DNA of 64,000 nucleotides from Acutalibacteraceae bacterium (GTDB lineage: Bacteria; Bacillota; Clostridia; Oscillospirales; Acutalibacteraceae): the NCBI GenBank assembly GCA_045605425.1, contig JAZUQA010000012.1, positions 246 through 64,245 on the forward strand. Direction: 5' to 3'. Shown here one piece after another: positions 1-8,507 of the stretch. Under the pieces are notes generated by a model. It did not search any database. It saw only the letters and a list, made by a program, of their open reading frames with translations, and was not told the origin of the DNA. Within the stretch, counting starts at the first letter, position 1, and each line of letters opens with the position of its first letter. The position numbers and the translations under genes are program-made.

Positions 1-1767
1 ACCGTTATCAAATACGAGAATTCTGTCACAGAAACGGCAGGAGGACAGACGGTGGGAGATATAAACCGCTGTTTTGTCCTTAACCATATCATTGAAACGT
101 GAATAGATTTCGTGTTCGGCGATAGGGTCGAGCGATGCGGTGGGTTCGTCAAGTATAACAAATGCTGCATCTTTATATAATGCTCTTGCGATTGCGAGTT
201 TCTGTGCTTCACCGCCTGAGATTTCAACGCCGTCTTCTTCAAAATCTTTGTAAACGGGAGTTTTGAGTCCTTTCGGCATAGCTTTTACTCTTTCAAGCAT
301 ACCTGCTTTTTCAAGTGACGACCATACTTTTTCTTCATCATAATCAACACTTGCAGCAACATTTTCGCCAACAGAGAATGAGAACAACTTGAAATCTTGG
401 AATACAACAGAAAACAATTTCAGATAATCCTCATAATCGTATTTCTGAATATCTATTCCATTGAGAGCTATATATCCCTCTGTCGGGTCATATAGACGAC
501 AAAGCAATTTTATCATTGTCGTTTTACCGCTACCATTCATGCCGACAACTGCGATTCTGTCACCGACCTTAAATTTAAGGTTGAGGTTTTTAATCGCATA
601 TTTATCGGCACCCGGATATTTGAAGCTAATATTGTGGAACTCAATGTCATACTGATTATCCATTCGTTTTTCTGTGGGGATAGTGCCGTAATGCATTTCG
701 GTGGGAATATCAAGGTATTCAAAGAACAGCTCAAGAAAATCATTGTTTGCACGAAGATCAGCAATAGCCATTGCAAAGAGAAATGTTGCCGAAGCAATTT
801 TTGAAACACACCATTGATATTTGACAAAACTACCAAGACCGAAAGATCCTATATAAACTTTTATTGCCACATAGAGATATGTCAATGCCGTCATTGCAAC
901 CCAAAAGCCGTTATGCCACATACCTTTTTTCTTTTCGTTGTTAAACCAATCGTTCTTATGATTTTTCCATTCATTATAAAAAATATCAGAAGAATAATTG
1001 ACAAGCTTTTGTTGCGAAAAAATTCTGACATCCTTGCCCGTCTTACTATCGTCAAGATAATCGTTAAGATAGTAATGCAAAAGTCTGCCCGAATAGGAAC
1101 ATTTTTTCATATTATCAGCAATCAGATGACTGTACTTGCCGTTAGCCTTGTAATCAAAAAACGTAAGTGCAGCAATAATTACGAAGAAAAGCAAAGTCGC
1201 AACAGGAGAATCAATAAACTTTTGGAAGCCTGAAAGGATTCTGTCCGAATGCATAAAAAACATTTCAAGAGAAACTCCAAAAGCAAGAATACCACGCCAA
1301 AAAGCATTGAAGAATGTGACAAGTCTACCTACAAGTCCGCTGAACCTTGCTGTGTCACCACTGCTATCTGTTATTGTCTGTCTCATTGCTTTTATTTTTG
1401 AATCTTCCATGTTTTTATAATCCATTGAAAAATTCTTTTCATTGAGCAACATTTCTTCCCACTTGTTTGCGATTATATGAAATGAGCGAACTTTTCGCCA
1501 GGATTTATCACGGATAATACGAAAAACAATTTCCAAAGAGTAGCAAGAAATCAAAATTATAAGTTTCTTGATATCTCTGTTACCAACAAGCTCATCAATA
1601 ATGGCTGCTGTTATATAATTTGATGCTACATATGTTGCCGCAAAACAAAACGAAAACACATTTATATGAAAAAGTAAATGTGGAGTTGAGGTGTTTACTA
1701 GTTTTATCGCACGACTTATAATTAAAAAATCTTGTTTGAGAGTGCGTTTGTTTTTACTGTTGGTCAT
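1..1767 (-). CDS. ABC transporter ATP-binding/permease fusion protein (exporter half), C-terminus beyond window edge
   Basis: Own minus-strand translation. The ATG at comp(1765..1767) overlaps the TGA of the upstream gene (ATGA). The frame stays open to base 1, so it is absent from the ORF track. TM-rich N half, then Walker A GMNGSGKTT (about comp 520..546), signature ISGGEAQK, Walker B FVILDEPT, ISHRLSS. Confidence 0.85.
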   Translation of the reverse strand, partial: MTNSKNKRTLKQDFLIISRAIKLVNTSTPHLLFHINVFSFCFAATYVASNYITAAIIDELVGNRDIKKLIILISCYSLEIVFRIIRDKSWRKVRSFHIIANKWEEMLLNEKNFSMDYKNMEDSKIKAMRQTITDSSGDTARFSGLVGRLVTFFNAFWRGILAFGVSLEMFFMHSDRILSGFQKFIDSPVATLLFFVIIAALTFFDYKANGKYSHLIADNMKKCSYSGRLLHYYLNDYLDDSKTGKDVRIFSQQKLVNYSSDIFYNEWKNHKNDWFNNEKKKGMWHNGFWVAMTALTYLYVAIKVYIGSFGLGSFVKYQWCVSKIASATFLFAMAIADLRANNDFLELFFEYLDIPTEMHYGTIPTEKRMDNQYDIEFHNISFKYPGADKYAIKNLNLKFKVGDRIAVVGMNGSGKTTMIKLLCRLYDPTEGYIALNGIDIQKYDYEDYLKLFSVVFQDFKLFSFSVGENVAASVDYDEEKVWSSLEKAGMLERVKAMPKGLKTPVYKDFEEDGVEISGGEAQKLAIARALYKDAAFVILDEPTASLDPIAEHEIYSRFNDMVKDKTAVYISHRLSSCRFCDRILVFDNG

Positions 1768-3569
1768 TTCTCCTCTGCCTCCTCTCTGTAATACTTGCTT
1801 TGAATTTGATACATTTCAGCATATTTACCCGAGAGCTGTATAAGTTCATCGTGTGTACCGATTTCGGCAATGCGATTTTCATCAAGCAATACTATCCTGT
1901 CGCAAAATCTAGTTGATGAAAGTCTGTGTGATATGTAAATCGATGTTCGGTTTTGTGAAATTTCACTGTAGCGAAGATAAATTTCATTTTCGGCAATAGG
2001 GTCAAGTGCAGCGGTAGGCTCATCCAGAATAAGAATTGGTGCGTCCTTGTAAATTGCCCTTGCCAACAACAGCCTTTGTGTTTCGCCTCCTGATAGTTCA
2101 ACTGCATTTTCATTAACAGTTTTTACAAGTAGTGTATTTTCTTCTTGCGCCAATGACTTGATTTTTTTGTATAGTCCGGCTTTGTTTATGCAGTCGAAAA
2201 ATCTTTCCCTGTTACTTTCGCTAGCTGGTAACATAGAAACATTTTCAAGCACACTGCAAGGCATAAATCTTGGATCCTGAAAAACTGCAGATATAATCTT
2301 ATAATAATCATCACGATTAAATTCGGTTATATCTGTTCCGTTGACAAGAACCTTACCCTCAGTCGGTCGGTAAAGGCCGCAAATGATTTTAACAAGAGTT
2401 GTTTTTCCTGCTCCGTTTATGCCCACAAGTGCAAGATTTTCGCCTTTTTTGATCTTCAAGTTGACATTTTTTAGAACTTCATTATCACTTTCAGGATAAG
2501 TGAACGAAACATTTTGAAGTTCTATTTCATATGGTAAATCTTTTGGTAAAGGCTTTCCGTTGCGGTTTCTTGCCGTGTTTTTAATATCAAGAAATTCACG
2601 CAGGTTACCAATTTCCATATTAACTTGAATATTGCCTACGGCAACGTTACCGATTTCCGTTACATATGCTGCAAATTCCGTAACTGTAAACACATATAGT
2701 ACAAGTTCTGTTTTAGATATATTGCCATCAAGCATTGCGTGTACAATGTAGATAAATATTCCTATTTCTATACCGATACTCAACACAAGCGAAATCATAT
2801 CAGTACAAAAATAATAAAAATACATTTTTTGTGTCCAGAATTTTCTTTCACCGATAAAGTATTCACTCATATGTATAAGATAGTCTCGTAATTGATAGAG
2901 CCTTATATCTTTTGCCGATGCAAAGTCACGAGAAATACGGTTGACATAATTTAACCTTCTGTCAATTTTTGCAATAGGACCTTTTGTTTTGTTTATAAGC
3001 CGACTTTCCAAAGCAACTGAAACAAGTTTCAATGCTTCAAGCCCCGTTAATATAATAATCAGCCATGGATTCAAAGTAACAGTTATTGTTCCGTATATAA
3101 GAGTCAAAAGCAACATAGTAAAGAGTTTACCGTATTGTTCAGTAAAAGCATATACACCTTCATATGAAAGGGCATTTTTAGCTTTCTGATATTTTTCTCT
3201 GCCAACCGGTCCCTCAAGCAGGTCAAAATCCATATCCATGACTTTTTGGCCGAGATAAACATCAAAATTTCTCTCTATTTGAATACGTTTGCTTTGAATT
3301 TTTTGCCACAACACATTGCTTGCGGAATTTGAAATAATTTGTACCGCAGTAACAGCAAGCGTAACTAAAACTATTGCTGTCAAGCCTTCTTGGTTTTCAA
3401 GACAATATGTGAGTGATGTCGCAAAACTCGCAACACCAAGTTCAACGATAACAACAAAAATATCATACACTATGTTCATTGGTATCAATGTTTTATCCCA
3501 TTTGCTCAAAGCTTTAAACATAAATAAGGTGTTGTCTAAAAATGAATGGGTTGTTTTTTTCTTTTTCAC
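1764..3569 (-). CDS. ABC transporter ATP-binding/permease fusion protein
   Basis: 601 aa ORF with a TM-rich N half, Walker A GINGAGKTT, signature LSGGETQR, Walker B ILILDEPT and ISHRLSS. The 4-nt overlap with the next ABC gene suggests a heterodimeric exporter. Confidence 0.9.
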   Translation of the reverse strand: MKKKKTTHSFLDNTLFMFKALSKWDKTLIPMNIVYDIFVVIVELGVASFATSLTYCLENQEGLTAIVLVTLAVTAVQIISNSASNVLWQKIQSKRIQIERNFDVYLGQKVMDMDFDLLEGPVGREKYQKAKNALSYEGVYAFTEQYGKLFTMLLLTLIYGTITVTLNPWLIIILTGLEALKLVSVALESRLINKTKGPIAKIDRRLNYVNRISRDFASAKDIRLYQLRDYLIHMSEYFIGERKFWTQKMYFYYFCTDMISLVLSIGIEIGIFIYIVHAMLDGNISKTELVLYVFTVTEFAAYVTEIGNVAVGNIQVNMEIGNLREFLDIKNTARNRNGKPLPKDLPYEIELQNVSFTYPESDNEVLKNVNLKIKKGENLALVGINGAGKTTLVKIICGLYRPTEGKVLVNGTDITEFNRDDYYKIISAVFQDPRFMPCSVLENVSMLPASESNRERFFDCINKAGLYKKIKSLAQEENTLLVKTVNENAVELSGGETQRLLLARAIYKDAPILILDEPTAALDPIAENEIYLRYSEISQNRTSIYISHRLSSTRFCDRIVLLDENRIAEIGTHDELIQLSGKYAEMYQIQSKYYREEAEEK

Positions 3570-3636
3570 GCTTTATCACCTCGCATTATGACTATATCAA
3601 AAAAGCAACCCGAAAAGGTTGCTTTTGCACGAACGG

Positions 3637-4380
3637 TTATTTCTTTTGCACGAATGGTAACATTATTTCTGTACCAAACACTCCGTCTTCAAACTGACGG
3701 TTGACAAAGCCGTTGTATTTATCGGCGATTCTGTCAACTCTCATAAGTCCGAAGCCATGATTTTCACCCTTTGAAGATTTATATACCTTGCCCTTTTTAG
3801 CAGGAGTGCCAATCATTGAGTTAGTAACGTTTATGTAAAGCTGCTGTTTGAAAAGTCCGATATAAACACGGATAAATCTCTGAGTTTTGTCCTCGATCTT
3901 TTCGCAAGCTTCCATCGCATTGTCAAGCAAATTGCCGATGATAACGCAAAGTTCAACACCGTTTACACTGCATTCTTCGGGTATGGTTGCAGTAACCTCA
4001 TAAGGAAGATTTCTTGATTTGCAGAGTGCAAGTTTACTGTTGAGAATAGCATCCGCCATAACATTGCCGGTTTTGACAACCGTATCAACTGTGTTGAGGT
4101 CAACCGTCAGTTCGCCGAGATAGTTGCCAAGCTCGGTAAGGTTGCCCATTTCAAGTGACGCACGCATAACCTGAATGTGATTTTTATAGTCGTGACGCCA
4201 ACCTCGCATTGTTTTATAAATGTTCTGAACTTCCTCACAATGCTTTGTGATAAGGTCGTTCTGATACTCGGCAATACGCTTGTCTGTAAAGTTGCGGATA
4301 TATCTTCTCGTGAAAACAACCGCCAGAACTATTGCAAGCAAAACGCCTGCAACCGCTGCGGAAATAATCCAATAATTCAT
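3637..4380 (-). CDS. GHKL sensor histidine kinase (LytTR-partner, HPK10-like) with a single N-terminal TM helix
   Basis: 247 aa. TM helix MNYWIISAAVAGVLLAIVLAVVF, H-box WRHDYKNH, N-box GNLLDNAMEA, G-box GFGLMRV. 4-nt overlap with the response regulator gene. Confidence 0.8.
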   Translation of the reverse strand: MNYWIISAAVAGVLLAIVLAVVFTRRYIRNFTDKRIAEYQNDLITKHCEEVQNIYKTMRGWRHDYKNHIQVMRASLEMGNLTELGNYLGELTVDLNTVDTVVKTGNVMADAILNSKLALCKSRNLPYEVTATIPEECSVNGVELCVIIGNLLDNAMEACEKIEDKTQRFIRVYIGLFKQQLYINVTNSMIGTPAKKGKVYKSSKGENHGFGLMRVDRIADKYNGFVNRQFEDGVFGTEIMLPFVQKK

Positions 4381-5090
4381 TGACTGATACCTCTGTAAAA
4401 ATTGATGAAAGCCATATTGACATCGTTATACATTCGCCTTGAAACAGGAATACTTTTGCCATTGTCAAAGACTACATCTGTTTTGCTAATTCTTGAAATA
4501 TGCTGAATATTAGCTATGTATGAACGGTGACATTGAATGAAGCTCTTATCAAGCATTTTAGCAATATCAGAAATCGGGAGCTTAGCATTATATTCACCGT
4601 TTTCGCAAACAACACAGCTTGAATGTCCGAAGGCTTCAACATAAATAATATCTTTCAAATTTACTTTGAGGCTCTCGTTATCAACCGAAAGCAGCACGAA
4701 ATTATCTTCTTTCTTCAGGTTGTCGCAAGCCTTTGAAAGAACCTCAGAAAGCTTTTCTTTCTCAACGGGTTTAATCAGATAATGAAGCGCTGAAACATCG
4801 TAACCCCGTGAAATGTAATCGGGGAAACCGGTTATGAAAACAATCTGCATACTGCTGTTCGTTTCACGGATTTTCTCGGCAAGCTCAATGCCGTCCATCG
4901 CTTTCATTTGAATATCAAGCAGAAGAATATCAAAGCTTTTGTCTTCCTCATACTTAAAAAGAAACGCCTCCGCACTCGCAAAACCCGAAATGTTAACGGC
5001 GGTTTTGGTTGACTTTGCCCACTCCTGCGTGAGTGATGTCAGATATTCAATTTCAATCAGTTCATCATCGCACACAGCAATATTGAGCAT
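4377..5090 (-). CDS. LytTR-family response regulator
   Basis: 237 aa. Receiver domain (AVCDDE, LLLDIQM) plus a C-terminal LytTR DNA-binding domain (FIQCHRSYIANIQHI). Confidence 0.9.
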   Translation of the reverse strand: MLNIAVCDDELIEIEYLTSLTQEWAKSTKTAVNISGFASAEAFLFKYEEDKSFDILLLDIQMKAMDGIELAEKIRETNSSMQIVFITGFPDYISRGYDVSALHYLIKPVEKEKLSEVLSKACDNLKKEDNFVLLSVDNESLKVNLKDIIYVEAFGHSSCVVCENGEYNAKLPISDIAKMLDKSFIQCHRSYIANIQHISRISKTDVVFDNGKSIPVSRRMYNDVNMAFINFYRGISQ

Positions 5091-5237
5091 AGCATTCGTT
5101 CCTTTCGTTGAGATAATATAATTTTAGTTGTAAACGGAATAAATGTCAATGGGGATGTTTTTTGTGAGTAGGAATAGAAATAATTGCAATCACGCACAAT
5201 AAAATACACCTGATTGAGATTTTTTCTCAATTAGGTG

Positions 5238-5265
5238 TTGACTTTTGAGGTTTTTTGAATATAAT
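5238..5265 (+). promoter_or_regulatory. Putative sigma-70 promoter of the AAA/RloB/TIR-like operon
   Basis: TTGACT (5238..5243), 16-nt spacer, TATAAT (5260..5265). An imperfect inverted repeat cctgattgaga/tctcaattagg lies just upstream (about 5208..5234). Confidence 0.5.
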
Positions 5266-5300
5266 AAATATTGTAGAGGACAAAAAGGAGAGAATTGATT

Positions 5301-6575
5301 ATGTTACTTCAATTTAATTTTAAAAATTACAAATCATTTAGAGACGATACAACATTAGATTTAACTGCAACCAAAATTTCCGAATATAGCAACCATGTTA
5401 TTTCAGTAGCCAATGAGAAGGTTCTTCCTGTTGCTGCAATATTTGGAGCTAATGCAAGTGGCAAATCTAATGTCCAAGAAGCATTTAGATATATGACATT
5501 ATATGTTATTAATTCATTAAAATACGGTGGAGATGAATCTTCCAGCAAAAAGAAAAAGTCTGAATTCTTTAAACCCACGCCGTTTTTGTTTGATTCTAAA
5601 AGCAAAACAGCAGAATCTTCTTTTGAAGTCTATTTTATTGATTCTGAAGAAAACGGAGCAAAAACGTACAATTATGGTTTTACTGTTAATGCAAGTGGTG
5701 TTTGTGAAGAGTGGCTTAATTGTAAATCCAAGTCTTCTCGTGGAAACTATAAAAGAATCTTTTATAGAAATGGAAATGAATACGATTTGTCAGGCATTCC
5801 TGCAAAAAGTCAGGAAAATTTAAAGATTGCTTTGGAAAAAGAAACTTTAATTGTATCTTTAGGGGCAAAACTCAAAATCTCCAAGTTAAAATTTATTCGT
5901 GACTGGTTTATTAACAACGATTTCGCTGATTTTGGCAGACCTATTGAAAATTTCTTCCTTTCTCAACTTGTACCGGAAGGATTTGCTGAGGATGAAGCGG
6001 TTCAACAAAATGTCGTTGATTATTTCGCTACATTCGATCCGTCTGTAATTGGATTTAATGTAGAGGTGCTTCCGGCAGACGGAGAAGATGATGATGAACA
6101 CCTGAAAATAGATGCTATCCATAAAATGATAGATTCTGAAGAAACAACACAAATTCCTTTACAACACGAATCTGCAGGCACACTTAAAATGTTTGCTCTG
6201 TATCCGATGTTACAGGATGTTTTATCTACTGGAGGAGTTTTATTTGTTGATGAATTAAACGCTCGTCTTCATCCGTTGTTGGTCAGAACATTTATAATTA
6301 CTTTTCTTAATCCGGAAATTAACACAAAACACGCTCAACTCATATTCACCTCTCATGACTCATGGCAGCTTAACGGAAATATGATGAGACGAGATGAAAT
6401 TTGGTTTGCTGAAAAGGATTTGGACGGTGTTTCAAACCTCTATTCTTTAGCTGATTTCGTGGATGAAGACGGAACAAAAATCCGTAAGGATGAAAATTAC
6501 GAAAAGAACTATTTGTTAGGTAAATATGGAGCAATTCCTACCTTAAAGCACTTTGATATGTTTAAGGAGGCTTAA
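5301..6575 (+). CDS. AAA family ATPase (AAA_15/AAA_21-like, ABC-type fold), AbiLi/AriA-like
   Basis: ORF 5295..6575; the ATG at 5301 is 8 nt after GGAGAG. N-terminal LQFNFKNYKSFRD motif, Walker A GANASGKSN, Walker B-like LFVDELNARLHP, FTSHD near the C-terminus. This is the typical layout of defence-associated SMC/ABC-like ATPases. Confidence 0.8.
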   Translation: MLLQFNFKNYKSFRDDTTLDLTATKISEYSNHVISVANEKVLPVAAIFGANASGKSNVQEAFRYMTLYVINSLKYGGDESSSKKKKSEFFKPTPFLFDSKSKTAESSFEVYFIDSEENGAKTYNYGFTVNASGVCEEWLNCKSKSSRGNYKRIFYRNGNEYDLSGIPAKSQENLKIALEKETLIVSLGAKLKISKLKFIRDWFINNDFADFGRPIENFFLSQLVPEGFAEDEAVQQNVVDYFATFDPSVIGFNVEVLPADGEDDDEHLKIDAIHKMIDSEETTQIPLQHESAGTLKMFALYPMLQDVLSTGGVLFVDELNARLHPLLVRTFIITFLNPEINTKHAQLIFTSHDSWQLNGNMMRRDEIWFAEKDLDGVSNLYSLADFVDEDGTKIRKDENYEKNYLLGKYGAIPTLKHFDMFKEA

Positions 6576-6578
6576 CAA

Positions 6579-7229
6579 ATGGCTCGAATCGAAAGAAACG
6601 GAAATCGAAAAACAAGAGACCAGTTTGCTAAAAAAAGAGTCCCTGAGTTAGGCTATTATTTCATTGTAACTGACACAAAAGAAACAGAACAAAATTATAT
6701 GCATGGGTTGAGAGACTCTATTCCGTCGGATTTACAAGGCAAACTGGTAATAAAGGTAGTTAAAACCAAAACAAAAAACTTGGTAGAAGAGGCAATGGAT
6801 CTCGCCTCTTTGCATCCACAATATGGAGAAACTTGGATTATTTTTGACAGAGATCAAGTTCAAAATTTTGATGAGATCATTTGGCAAGCAAGAGAAAAAG
6901 GCATTCATGTCGGATGGACAAACCCATGTATTGAAGAATGGTTTTGTGCATATTTCGGCAAAATGCCTACATACGCAGATTCAGTTTCGTGCTGTTCGGG
7001 ATTCGGCAAAATTTTCGAGAATGCTACCAATCAAAAATACGAAAAATCAGATACGGCAATATACAAAAAGCTGATTCGTTTCGGAAACGAAGACGAAGCA
7101 ATTAAACTTGCTCAAAGAAAATTGAGTGAACACCGAGCGAACGGTAAGACAAAACCTTCAGAGATGAACCCTTGTACAACTGTTCACCTTTTGGTTGGTG
7201 AGATAAAAGGTAAAACAAAAAAGGAGTAA
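6579..7229 (+). CDS. RloB-like protein (Toprim-like partner of the AAA ATPase), AbiLii-like
   Basis: 216 aa. YYFIVTDTKETEQNY near the N-terminus and WIIFDRDQVQNFDEIIWQAREKGIHVGWTNPCIEEWF match my recollection of RloB family hallmarks (xxDrD, NPcFE-W). The start is 3 nt after the upstream stop, with AAGGAGG embedded in the upstream gene end. Confidence 0.75.
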   Translation: MARIERNGNRKTRDQFAKKRVPELGYYFIVTDTKETEQNYMHGLRDSIPSDLQGKLVIKVVKTKTKNLVEEAMDLASLHPQYGETWIIFDRDQVQNFDEIIWQAREKGIHVGWTNPCIEEWFCAYFGKMPTYADSVSCCSGFGKIFENATNQKYEKSDTAIYKKLIRFGNEDEAIKLAQRKLSEHRANGKTKPSEMNPCTTVHLLVGEIKGKTKKE

Positions 7230-7232
7230 AGT

Positions 7233-8393
7233 ATGGCAAAACAAAAAGTAACTGAAAAAACAGAATCTTGTAAAAAAACAACCACACCGAAATCTGCAAA
7301 TACTCCCGAAAAGTCTATTAAAAAGACTATAAGACAAACAGATTTGCCTAAAGTTTCTCTTGAAGATGCTTTAAAAGTTCCAATGGCAATTTGGGATCAA
7401 TATGCTGGCGGCGCAACTCAACCGATATTTGTTGCGCAGGCAATAGGGATTTCCCCATCCAGTTCCAATTGGAGGGTGCTGAGCGGAGCGGCTATTGCAT
7501 ATGGATTAACAGAAGGTGGGTATAATTCTAAAGAAATTTCGCTAACCGAATTAGGCAGGAGAATTGTCGCACCCACCTCCGAAAACGATGATAAATTAGC
7601 TCTTTTTCAAGCTGCTCAACTGCCACATTATTTTAAAAATTTTTACGAAAAATATGGTAATGGAAGTAAGTTGCCACAGGAAAACATTGCAGCAAATATT
7701 CTTACATCATGGGGAGTGCCTAAATCTGATGCTAAAGATGCTTTTGATTTAATAAGGAGAAATGGTGAATATTGCGGATTAATAGTAACCATACATGGTA
7801 ACCAATATGTTAATACCACGCCTCCGAAAACAACAACAGAAGCAGAAGAAAAACTCGCCACTTCCTTTGAAAACAGTGAAGAAGAAATAATTGTTCCTGA
7901 CAGAGTGCTTGAAAGCTTAGATATAGCTATTGATAAGAAAGAAGAAGCTCTTAAGCCTGATGTTGTTAACAATAAAGTTTTCATATCGCATGGAAAAAAT
8001 AAAAAGGTTGTTGAACAATTAAAACAATTGCTTGAATTTGGAGCTTATGATCCTGTTGTGTCAGTAGAAAGAGAAACAACTGCAATATCTGTACCAGACA
8101 AAGTTTTCAATGATATGAAAATGTGCAATGCTGGGGTTATTCATATTGAAGGCGAGCGAAAACTGTTAGATACAGAAGGACAAGAACATAGCTTGATAAA
8201 TGAGAATGTGTTAATTGAAATAGGTGCAGCTATTGCCTTATTCAATAAAAAGGTTATCTTGCTATGCAAAAAAGGAACCGCTTTGCCTTCAAATTTACAA
8301 GGTTTATATCGTTGTGAGTACGAAGGGGAACAATTGGATTATGAGTCAACAATGAAACTGCTTAAAACGTTCAGTGAATTCAGAAAGAATTAA
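7233..8393 (+). CDS. Two-domain protein: uncharacterised N-terminal region plus C-terminal TIR-like nucleotide-binding domain (Cap12/Pycsar-effector type)
   Basis: 386 aa. The C-terminal ~135 aa read VFISHGKNKKVVEQLKQLLEFG ... ENVLIEIGAAIALFNKKVILLCKKGTALPSNLQGLY, which parallels the VFIVHG / NVIFELG / PSDLxG pattern of the predicted TIR-like nucleotide-binding family. The start is 3 nt after the RloB stop, with AAGGAG 6 nt upstream. Confidence 0.6.
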   Translation: MAKQKVTEKTESCKKTTTPKSANTPEKSIKKTIRQTDLPKVSLEDALKVPMAIWDQYAGGATQPIFVAQAIGISPSSSNWRVLSGAAIAYGLTEGGYNSKEISLTELGRRIVAPTSENDDKLALFQAAQLPHYFKNFYEKYGNGSKLPQENIAANILTSWGVPKSDAKDAFDLIRRNGEYCGLIVTIHGNQYVNTTPPKTTTEAEEKLATSFENSEEEIIVPDRVLESLDIAIDKKEEALKPDVVNNKVFISHGKNKKVVEQLKQLLEFGAYDPVVSVERETTAISVPDKVFNDMKMCNAGVIHIEGERKLLDTEGQEHSLINENVLIEIGAAIALFNKKVILLCKKGTALPSNLQGLYRCEYEGEQLDYESTMKLLKTFSEFRKN

Positions 8394-8395
8394 AT

Positions 8396-8435
8396 ATAAC
8401 GCGGCTGTGAATTTCATAGCCGCGTTATATTTTAT
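8396..8435 (+). terminator. Intrinsic terminator after the three-gene operon
   Basis: Perfect 11-bp stem ataacgcggct / agccgcgttat with an 11-nt loop, followed by a T-rich tract. Confidence 0.7.
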
Positions 8436-8507
8436 AATAAACATATATAAAATGTCTTTCAATATTTTATAAGAGTTACTATCTATAATACAATTTCATT
8501 TTATGTG

